This document shows, in pieces, positions 1 through 11,800 of a stretch of 64,000 bases of DNA. The position numbers and the translations under genes are program-made. The notes under the pieces are model-generated. The model was not told the origin of the DNA and searched no databases. It saw only the letters and a list, made by a program, of their open reading frames with translations. Within the stretch, counting starts at the first letter, position 1. Each line of letters begins with the position of its first letter. The DNA is from the human T2T-CHM13v2.0 reference genome, Homo sapiens, in the NCBI RefSeq assembly GCF_009914755.1, contig NC_060928.1. The stretch is one strand, 5' to 3'.

Positions 1-115
1 AACTTGTTTGTGATGTGTGTATTCAACTACCAGAGTTGAACATTTCTGTTACAGAGCAATTTTAAAACACTCTTTTTGTGGAATCTGAAAGTGGATAATT
101 GGATAGCTTTGTGGA

Positions 116-132
116 TTTCGTTGGAAACGGGA
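116..132 (+). promoter_or_regulatory. CENP-B box (intact)
   Basis: TTTCGTTGGAAACGGGA matches the 17-bp consensus YTTCGTTGGAARCGGGA, with all core positions (TTCG....A..CGGG) present. Confidence 0.96.
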
Positions 133-282
133 TGACGTATAAAATCTAGAGAGAAGCATTCTCAGGAACTTCTTTCTGATGTTTGCATTCAAGTCACAGA
201 ATTGAACATTCCTTTTCATAGTGCAGGTTTGAAACACTCTTTCTGTAGTATCTGGAAGTGGACATTTCAAGCGCTTTCAGGC

Positions 283-299
283 CTATGGGGAGAAAGGAA
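283..299 (+). promoter_or_regulatory. A-type (pJ-alpha-like) box of alphoid monomer 2
   Basis: CTATGGGGAGAAAGGAA lies at the position equivalent to the CENP-B box and resembles CTAYGGTGRAAAAGGAA, giving the B-A-B alternation. Confidence 0.75.
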
Positions 300-453
300 A
301 TATCTTCAAATAAAAACTAGACGGAAGCATCCTCAGAAACTTATTTGTGATGTGTGTCCTAAACGAACACAGTTGAACCTTTGTTTTGATACAGCATTTT
401 GGAAACACTCCTTTTGTAGAATCTGCAGGTGGATATTTGGATAGATTTTAAGA

Positions 454-470
454 TTTCATTGGAAACGGGA
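454..470 (+). promoter_or_regulatory. Degenerate CENP-B box (TTCG changed to TTCA)
   Basis: TTTCATTGGAAACGGGA has A at 458 in place of the core G. This CpG-to-CpA transition is expected to abolish CENP-B binding. Confidence 0.88.
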
Positions 471-1481
471 ATTTCTTCATATAAACTGAAGACAGATACA
501 TTCTCAGAAATATATATTTTGGGTACTTTGATATTTTATGTACAGTATATAATACATAATTTGGGTTCTTTGATATTTTATCTACAGTATATAATACATA
601 CTTTGGGTACTTTGATATTTTATGTACAGTATACAATACATACTTTGGGTACTTTGTTATTTTCTGTACAGAATGTTATACATACTTTGGGTACTTTGAT
701 ATTTTATGTACAGTATATAATATATAGTTAGGGTACTTTGATATATTATGTACAGTATATAATGCATACTGTGGGTACTTTGATATTTTATGTCAGTATA
801 TAATACATACTTTGGGTACTTCGATATTTTATGTACAGTACACTATATATAGTTTGGGTACTTTGATATTTTATGTCCAGTACAAAATAAATAGTTTTGG
901 TACTTTGATATTTTATGTACAGTATATAGTTTGAGTACTTTGATATTTAATGTACAGTATATAATACATAATTTGGGTACATTGATATTTTATGTACAGT
1001 GTTTTATAAATGTTTGGGTGCCTCCATATTTTATGTACAGTATATAATACATACTAAGGGCACTTTGATATTTTATGTACAGTATATAATACATACTTTG
1101 GGTACTTTGATATTTTATGTATGTCATATAATATATAGTTTGGGTACTTTGATATTTTATGTACAGTATATAATACATACCTTGGGTACTTTGATATTTT
1201 AAGTACAGTATATAATATATAGTTTGGGTATTTTGATATTTTATGTACAGTATAAAATACATAATTTGGGTACTTTGATATTTTATGTACAGTATATAAT
1301 ACATACTTTGGGAACTTTCATATTTTATGTACAGTATGTAAAACATACTTTGGGTACTTTGATATTTTATGTACAGTATATAATACATACTATTGGTACT
1401 TTGATATTTTATGTACATTATACAATATATAGTTTGAGTACTTTGATATTTTATGTCCAGTATAAAATATATAGATTTCGT

Positions 1482-1557
1482 ACTTTGATATTTTATGTAC
1501 AGAATATAGTTTGAGTACTTTGATATTTTATGTACACTTTATTATAAAAGTTTGGGT
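1482..1557 (+). repeat. Example of the recurrent block-boundary cassette: 35-bp unit (1482-1516) followed by 41-bp unit (1517-1557)
   Basis: The sequence ...ACAG(T/A)ATATAGTTTGAGT followed by ...ACA(G/C)TTTATTATAAA(T/A)GTTTGGGT recurs throughout the array. It explains the many + strand ORFs ending in YIV*, NIV* or FIV*, with the next ORF starting 38 bp later. Confidence 0.9.
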
Positions 1558-1909
1558 ACTTTCATATTTTACGTACAGTATATAATACATACTTTGGGCA
1601 CTTTGATGTTTTATGTACAGTATATAATACATACTTTAGGTTCTTTTATATTTTATGTACAGCATATAATACAAAATTTGGGGACTTTTATATTTTATGT
1701 ACATTATATAATACATACTTTGGGTACTTTTATATTTTATGTACGGTATATAATACATACTTTGGGTACTTTGATATATTATGTACAGTATATAATACAT
1801 ACTTTGGGTAATTTGATATATTATGTACAGTATATAATACATACTTAGGGTACTTTGACATTTTATGTACAGTATATAATACATACTTTGGGTACTTTGA
1901 TATTTTTTG

Positions 1910-4900
1910 AACAGTATATAATACATACTTTGGGTACTTTGATATTTTATGTACTGTATATAATACATACTTTGGGTACTTTTATATTTTATGTACAGTA
2001 TATAATATATAGTTTGGGTACTTTGATATTTTATGTACGGTATATAGTACATACTTTGGGTACTTTGATATTTTATGTATAGTATATAATACATACTTTG
2101 GGTACTTTGATATTGTATGTACAGTATACAATATATAGTTTGAGTACTTTGATATTTTATGTACTGTATAAAATATATAGTTTTGGTACTTTGATATTTT
2201 ATGTATAGTATATAGTTTGAGTACTTTGATATTTTATGTACAGTTTTTATAAATATTTGGGTGCTTTCATATTTTATGTACAGTATATAATACATACTAA
2301 GCGCACTTTCATATTTTATGTACAGTATATAATACATACTTTGGTTACTCTGATATTTTATGTACAGTGTATAATACATACTTTGGGTACTTTGATATTT
2401 TATGTACAATATATAATACATACGTTGGGAACTTTGATATATTATGTACAGTATATAATTCATACTTTGGGTACTTTGATAGTTTATGTACAGTATATAA
2501 TACATAGTTTGTGTACTTTGATATTTTATGTACACTATATAATACATACTTTGGGTACTTTGATATTTTATATACAGTATATAATACATACTTTGGGTAC
2601 TTTCATATTTTATGTACAGTATATAATATATAGTTTGGGTACTTTGATATTTTATCTACAGCTTATAATACATACTTTGGGTACTTTGATATTTTATGTA
2701 CAGTATATAATACATACTTTGGGTAGTTTGATATTTTATGTACAGTATACAATATATAGTTTGAGTACTTTGATATTTTATGTGCAGTATAAAATATATA
2801 GTTTTGGTACTTTGATATTTTATGTACAGTTTATAGTTTGAGTACTTTGATATTTAATGTACAGTTTATTATAAATGTTTGGGTACTTTCATATTTGATG
2901 TACAGCATATAATACATAATTTGGGCACTTTGATATTTTATGTACAGTATACTATACATACTTTGGGTACTTTTATATTTTATGTACAGTATATAATACA
3001 TACTTTGGGTACTTTGATATTTAATGTACAGTATATAATACACACTTTGCGTACTTTGATAATTTTATGTAAAGCATGTAATACATACTTTGGGCAGTTT
3101 GATATTTTATGTACAGTATATAATACACACTTTGGGTACTTTGATATTTTATGTACAGTATGTAAAACATACTTTGGGTAGTTTGATATATTATGTACAG
3201 TATATAATACATACCTTGGGTACTCTGATATTTTATGTAGTGTATAATACATGCTTTGTGTACTTTGATATTTTATGTACAGTATATAATACATACATTG
3301 GGTACGTTGATATATTATGTACAGTATATAATACTTACTTGGGGTACTTTGATATTTTATGTACAGTATATAATACATACTTTGTGTACTTTGATATTTT
3401 ATGTACAGTATATAATACATACTTTGGGTACTTTAATATTTTATGTACAGTATATAATACATACTTTGGGTATCTTGATATTTTATGTACAGTATATAAT
3501 GCATTCTTTGGGTACTTTGATATTTTATGTACAGTATATAATGCATACTTTGAGTACTTTGATATTTTATGTACAGTATGTAATACATACTTTGGGTACT
3601 TTGATATTTTATCTATAGCATATAATACATACTTTGTGTAGTTTGATATTTTATGTATAGTATACAATATATAGTTTGAGTACTTTGATATTTTATGTCC
3701 AGTATAAAATATATAGTTTTCCTAACTGATATTTTATGTACAGAATATAGTTTGAGTACTTTGATATTTTATGTACACTTTATTATAAATGTTTGGGTAC
3801 TTTCATATTTTATGTACAGTATATAATACATACTTTGGTCTCTTTGATGTTTTATGTACAGTATATAATACATACTTTGGGTTCTTTGATATTTTATGTG
3901 CAGAATATAATGCATAGTTTTAGGTACTTTTATATTTTATGTACAGTATATAATACATACTTTGGGTACTTTGATATTTTATGTACAGTATATAATACAT
4001 ACTTTGGGTACTTTGATATTTTATGTACAGTATATAATACATATTATTGGTACTTTGATATTTTATGTACAGTATACAATATATAGTTTGAGTATTTTGA
4101 TATTTTATGTCCAGTATAAAATACATAGATTTCATACTTTGATATTTTATGTACAGAATATAGTCTGAGTACTTTGATATTTTATGTACAAATTATCATA
4201 AAAGTTTGGGTACTTTCATATTTTACGTACAGTATATAATACATAGTTTGGGCACTTTGATGTTTTATGTACAGTATATAATACATACTTTGGGTTCTTT
4301 GATATGTTATGTACAGCATATAGTACATAATTTGGGGACTTTTATATTTTATGTACATTATATAATACATACTTTGGGTACTTTTATATTTTATGTACGG
4401 TATATAATACATACTTTGGGTACTTTGATATATTATGTACAGTATATAATACATACTTTGGGTACTTTGATATATTATGTACAGTATATAATACATACTT
4501 AGGGTACTTTGACATTTTATGTACAGTACATAATACATACTTTGGGTACTTTGATATTTTATGTACAGTATATAATACATACTTTGGGTACTTTGATATT
4601 TTATGTACAGTATATAATACATGTTTTGGGTACTTTTATATTTTATGTACAGTATATAATATATAGTTTGGGTACTTTGATATTTTATGTACGGTACGTA
4701 ATACACACTTTGGGTACTTTGATATTTTATGTAGAGTATGTAAAACATACTTTGGGTAGTTTGGTATTTTATGATCAGTATATAATACATATTTTGGGTA
4801 CTTTGATATTTTATGTACAGTATATAATACATACTTTGGGTACTTTGATATTTTATGTACAGTATATAATACTTACTTTGGGAACTTTTATTTTATGTGC

Positions 4901-7900
4901 AGTATATAATACATACTTTGGGTACTTTGATATTTTATGTACAGTATATAATACACACATTGGGTACTTTGATATTTTATGTACAGTATATAATACACAC
5001 TTTGGGTAGTTTGATATTTTATGTACAGTATATAATACATACTTTGGGTACTTTGATGTATTATGTACAGTATATAATACATACTTTGGGTACTTTGATA
5101 TTTTATGTACAGTATATAATACATACTTTGGGTACTTTGATATTTTATGTACAGTATGTAATACATAATTAGGGTACTTTAATATTTTATGTATAGTATA
5201 TAATACATACTTTGGGTACTTTGATATTTTATTTACAGTATATAATACATACATTGGGTAGTTTCATATTTCATGTACAGTATATAATATATAGTTTGGG
5301 TACTTTGGTATATTATGTACTGTATATAATACATACTTTGAGTACTTTGATATTTTATGAACAGTATATAATACATACTTTGGGTACTTTGATATTTTAT
5401 GTACTGTATATAATACATACTTTGGGTACTTTTATATTTTATGTACAGTATATAATATATAGTTTGGGTACTTTGATATTTTATGTACGGTATATAGTAC
5501 ATACTTTGGGTACTTTGATATTTTATGTATAGTATATAATACATACTTTGGGTACTTTGATATTGTATGTACAGTATACAATATATAGTTTGAGTACTTT
5601 GATATTTTATGTACTGTATAAAATATATAGTTTTGGTACTTTGATATTTTATGTATAGTATATAGTTTGAGTACTTTGATATTTTATGTACAGTTTTTAT
5701 AAATATTTGGGTGCTTTCATATTTTATGTACAGTATATAATACATACTAAGCGCACTTTCATATTTTATGTACAGTATATAATACATACTTTGGTTACTC
5801 TGATATTTTATGTACAGTGTATAATACATACTTTGGGTACTTTGATATTTTATGTACAATATATAATACATACGTTGGGAACTTTGATATATTATGTACA
5901 GTATATAATTCATACTTTGGGTACTTTGATAGTTTATGTACAGTATATAATACATAGTTTGTGTACTTTGATATTTTATGTACACTATATAATACATACT
6001 TTGGGTACTTTGATATTTTATATACAGTATATAATACATACTTTGGGTACTTTCATATTTTATGTACAGTATATAATATATAGTTTGGGTACTTTGATAT
6101 TTTATCTACAGCTTATAATACATACTTTGGGTACTTTGATATTTTATGTACAGTATATAATACATACTTTGGGTAGTTTGATATTTTATGTACAGTATAC
6201 AATATATAGTTTGAGTACTTTGATATTTTATGTGCAGTATAAAATATATAGTTTTGGTACTTTGATATTTTATGTACAGTTTATAGTTTGAGTACTTTGA
6301 TATTTAATGTACAGTTTATTATAAATGTTTGGGTACTTTCATATTTGATGTACAGCATATAATACATAATTTGGGCACTTTGATATTTTATGTACAGTAT
6401 ACTATACATACTTTGGGTACTTTTATATTTTATGTACAGTATATAATACATACTTTGGGTACTTTGATATTTAATGTACAGTATATAATACACACTTTGC
6501 GTACTTTGATAATTTTATGTAAAGCATGTAATACATACTTTGGGCAGTTTGATATTTTATGTACAGTATATAATACACACTTTGGGTACTTTGATATTTT
6601 ATGTACAGTATGTAAAACATACTTTGGGTAGTTTGATATATTATGTACAGTATATAATACATACCTTGGGTACTCTGATATTTTATGTAGTGTATAATAC
6701 ATGCTTTGTGTACTTTGATATTTTATGTACAGTATATAATACATACATTGGGTACGTTGATATATTATGTACAGTATATAATACTTACTTGGGGTACTTT
6801 GATATTTTATGTACAGTATATAATACATACTTTGTGTACTTTGATATTTTATGTACAGTATATAATACATACTTTGGGTACTTTAATATTTTATGTACAG
6901 TATATAATACATACTTTGGGTATCTTGATATTTTATGTACAGTATATAATGCATTCTTTGGGTACTTTGATATTTTATGTACAGTATATAATGCATACTT
7001 TGAGTACTTTGATATTTTATGTACAGTATGTAATACATACTTTGGGTACTTTGATATTTTATCTATAGCATATAATACATACTTTGTGTAGTTTGATATT
7101 TTATGTACAGTATACAATATATAGTTTGAGTACTTTGATATTTTATGTCCAGTATAAAATATATAGTTTTCCTAACTGATATTTTATGTACAGAATATAG
7201 TTTGAGTACTTTGATATTTTATGTACACTTTATTATAAATGTTTGGGTACTTTCATATTTTATGTACAGTATATAATACATACTTTGGTCTCTTTGATGT
7301 TTTATGTACAGTATATAATACATACTTTGGGTTCTTTGATATTTTATGTGCAGAATATAATGCATAGTTTTAGGTACTTTTATATTTTATGTACAGTATA
7401 TAATACATACTTTGGGTACTTTGATATTTTATGTACAGTATATAATACATACTTTGGGTACTTTGATATTTTATGTACAGTATATAATACATATTATTGG
7501 TACTTTGATATTTTATGTACAGTATACAATATATAGTTTGAGTATTTTGATATTTTATGTCCAGTATAAAATACATAGATTTCATACTTTGATATTTTAT
7601 GTACAGAATATAGTCTGAGTACTTTGATATTTTATGTACAAATTATCATAAAAGTTTGGGTACTTTCATATTTTACGTACAGTATATAATACATAGTTTG
7701 GGCACTTTGATGTTTTATGTACAGTATATAATACATACTTTGGGTTCTTTGATATGTTATGTACAGCATATAGTACATAATTTGGGGACTTTTATATTTT
7801 ATGTACATTATATAATACATACTTTGGGTACTTTTATATTTTATGTACGGTATATAATACATACTTTGGGTACTTTGATATATTATGTACAGTATATAAT

Positions 7901-8809
7901 ACATACTTTGGGTACTTTGATATATTATGTACAGTATATAATACATACTTAGGGTACTTTGACATTTTATGTACAGTACATAATACATACTTTGGGTACT
8001 TTGATATTTTATGTACAGTATATAATACATACTTTGGGTACTTTGATATTTTATGTACAGTATATAATACATGTTTTGGGTACTTTTATATTTTATGTAC
8101 AGTATATAATATATAGTTTGGGTACTTTGATATTTTATGTACGGTACGTAATACACACTTTGGGTACTTTGATATTTTATGTAGAGTATGTAAAACATAC
8201 TTTGGGTAGTTTGGTATTTTATGATCAGTATATAATACATATTTTGGGTACTTTGATATTTTATGTACAGTATATAATACATACTTTGGGTACTTTGATA
8301 TTTTATGTACAGTATATAATACTTACTTTGGGAACTTTTATTTTATGTGCAGTATATAATACATACTTTGGGTACTTTGATATTTTATGTACAGTATATA
8401 ATACACACATTGGGTACTTTGATATTTTATGTACAGTATATAATACACACTTTGGGTAGTTTGATATTTTATGTACAGTATATAATACATACTTTGGGTA
8501 CTTTGATGTATTATGTACAGTATATAATACATACTTTGGGTACTTTGATATTTTATGTACAGTATATAATACATACTTTGGGTACTTTGATATTTTATGT
8601 ACAGTATGTAATACATAATTAGGGTACTTTAATATTTTATGTATAGTATATAATACATACTTTGGGTACTTTGATATTTTATTTACAGTATATAATACAT
8701 ACATTGGGTAGTTTCATATTTCATGTACAGTATATAATATATAGTTTGGGTACTTTGGTATATTATGTACTGTATATAATACATACTTTGAGTACTTTGA
8801 TATTTTATG
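1910..8809 (+). repeat. Near-identical tandem duplication, 2 x 3,450 bp (about 1910-5359 and 5360-8809)
   Basis: ORF pairs with identical translations sit at a constant 3,450 offset (2236/5686, 2879/6329, 3793/7243, 4182/7632, 4897/8347). The one difference I spotted is T3658 versus C7108. Confidence 0.95.
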
Positions 8810-11800
8810 TACAGTATATAATCCATACTTTGGGTACTTTGATATTTTATGTACAGTATATAATCCATACTTTGGGTACTTTGATATTTTATGTACAGTA
8901 TGTAATACATAATTTGGGTACTTTAATATTTTATGTATAGTATATAATACATACTTTGGGTACTTTGATATTTTATGTACAGTATATAATACATACATTG
9001 GGTACTTTCATATTTCATGTACAGTATATAATATATAGTTTGGGTACTTTGGTATATTATGTACTGTATATAATACATACTTTGAGTACTTTGATATTTT
9101 ATGTACAGTATATAATACATACTTTGCGTACTTTGATATTTTATGTCCAGTATAGAATATATAGTTTTGGTAGTTTGATATTTTATGTACAGTATATAGT
9201 TTGAGTACTTTCACATTTTATGTACAGTTTATTATAAATGTTTGGGTGTTTTCATATTTTATGTAGTGTATATAATACATACATTGGGCACTTTGATATA
9301 TTATGTACAGTATGTAATACATACTTTGGGTACTCTGATATTTTATGTACAGTATATAATACACACTTTGGGTACTTTGATATTTTATGTACAGGATATA
9401 ATGCATACTTTGGGTACTTTGATAGTTTATGTACAGTATATAATACATACTTTGGGTACTTTGATATTTTATGCATAGTATAAAATATACAGTTTGGGTA
9501 CTTTGATATTTTATGTACAGTATGTAAAACATACTTTGGGGAGTTTGATATTTTATGTACAGTATGTAAAACATACTTTGGGGAGTTTGATATTTTATGA
9601 ACAGTATATAATACACATTTTGTGTACTTTGGTATTTTATGTACAGTATATAATACATACTTTGGGTACTTTGATATTTTATGTACAGTATATAATACAT
9701 ACTTTGGGTACTTTGATATTTTATGTACAGTGTACAATATATAGTTTGAGTACTTTGATATTTTATGTACTGTATAAAATATATAGTTTTGGTACTTTGA
9801 TATTTTATGTACAGTATATAGTTTGAGTACTTTGATATTTTATGTACAGTTTGTTATAAATATTTGGGTGCTTTCATATTTTATGTACTGTATATAATAC
9901 TTGCTTTAGGCACTTTGATATTTTATGTACAGTATATAATACATACTTTGGGTACTCTGATATTTTATGTACAGTGTATAATACATACTTTGGGTACTTT
10001 GATATTTTATGTACAGTATATAATACATACATTGGGTACTTTGATATATTATGTACAGTATATAATACTTACTTGGGGTACTTTGATATTTTATGTACAG
10101 TATATAATACATAGTTTGTGTACTTTGATATTTTATGTACAGTATATAATACATACTATTGGTACTTTGATATTTTATGTACAGTATACAATATATAGTT
10201 TGAGTACTTTGATATTTTATGTCCAGTAAAAAATATATAGATTTCGTATTTTGATATTTTATGTACAGAATATAGTTTGAGTACTTTGATATTTTATGTA
10301 CACTTTATTATAAAATTTTGGGTACTTTCATATTTTACGTACAGTATATAATACATACTTTGGGCACTTTGATGTTTTATGCACAGTATATAATACATAC
10401 TTTGGGTACTTTTATATTTTATGTACAGTATATAATACATAGTTTGGGTACTTTGATATTTAATATACAGTATATAATGCACACTTTGCGTACTTTGATA
10501 TTTTATGTAAAGTATGTAATACATACTTTGGGTAGTTTGATATTTTATGTACAGTATGTAATACACACTTTGGGTACTTTGATATTTTATGTACAGTATG
10601 TAAAACATACTTTGGGTAGTTTGATATTTTATGATCAGTATATAATACACATTTTGGGTACTTTGATATTTTATGTACAGTGTATAATACATACTTTGGG
10701 TACTTTGATATTTTATGTACAGGATATAATGCATACTTTGGGTACTTTGATAGCTTATGTACAGTATATAATACTTACTTTGGGTACTTTGATATTTTAT
10801 ATATAGTATAAAATATATAGTTTGGGTAGTTTGATATTTTAAGTATAGTATATGATACATACTTTGGGTACTTAGATATTTTATCTACAGTGTATAATAA
10901 ATAGTATGGGTACTTTGATATATTATGTACAATAGATAATACATACTTTGGGTACTTTGATATTTTATGTACAGTATATAATACATACTTTGGGTACTTT
11001 GATATTTTATGTACAGTATATAATACATACATTGGGTGCTTTCATATTTCATGTACACTATATAATATATAGTTTGGGTACTTTGGTATATTATGTACTG
11101 TATATAATACATACTTTGAGTATTTTGATATTTTATGTACAGTATATAATACATAATTTGGGTACTTTGATATTTTATGTACAGTATATAATGCATAATT
11201 TGGGTACTTCAATAGTTTATGCACAGTATATAATACATACTTTGGGTAATTTGATATTTTATGTACAGTATATAATGCATACTTTGGGTACTTTGATAGT
11301 TTATGTACAGTATACAATACATACTTTGGGTACTTTGATATTTTATGTACAGTATATAATATGTAGTTTGGGAACTTTGATATTTTAACTACAGTATAGA
11401 ATACATACTTTGGGTACTTTGATATTTTATCTACAGTATATAATAGATACTTTGGGTACTTTGATATATTATGTACAGTATATAATACATAGTTTGGTTA
11501 CTTTGATATTTTTTGTACAGTATGTAAAACATACTTTGGGGAGTTTGATATTTTATGAACAGTATATAATACACGTTTTGGGTACTTTGATATTTTATGT
11601 ACGGTATATAATACATACTTTGGGTACTTTGATATTTTATGTACAGTATATAATTCATACTTTGGGTACTTTGATATTTTATGTACAGTATATAATACAT
11701 ACATTGGGTACTTCGATATTTTATGTGCAGTACCCTATATATAGTTTGGGTACTTTGATATTTTATGTCCAGTATAAAATAAATAGTTTTGGTACTTTGA

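Larger units (their letters stand above)
1..510 (+). repeat. Alpha satellite, about 3 monomers (partial 1-156, 157-327, 328-498, plus 12 bp of a fourth at 499-510); SF2-like
   Basis: Monomer starts CATTCTCAG/CATCCTCAG occur at 157, 328 and 499, exactly 171 bp apart. Typical alphoid motifs are present (GTTGAAC, GAAACACTC, GTGGATATTTGG). B-type and A-type boxes alternate. The first monomer has the shortened tail after the CENP-B box (GGGATGACGTATAAAATCTAGA) that I recall for SF2 D1-type monomers; the family call is from memory, not alignment. Confidence 0.98.

Noticed and set aside
49-444. ORFs 49-270 (-) and 202-444 (+)
   Set aside because: These are chance translations of alpha satellite.
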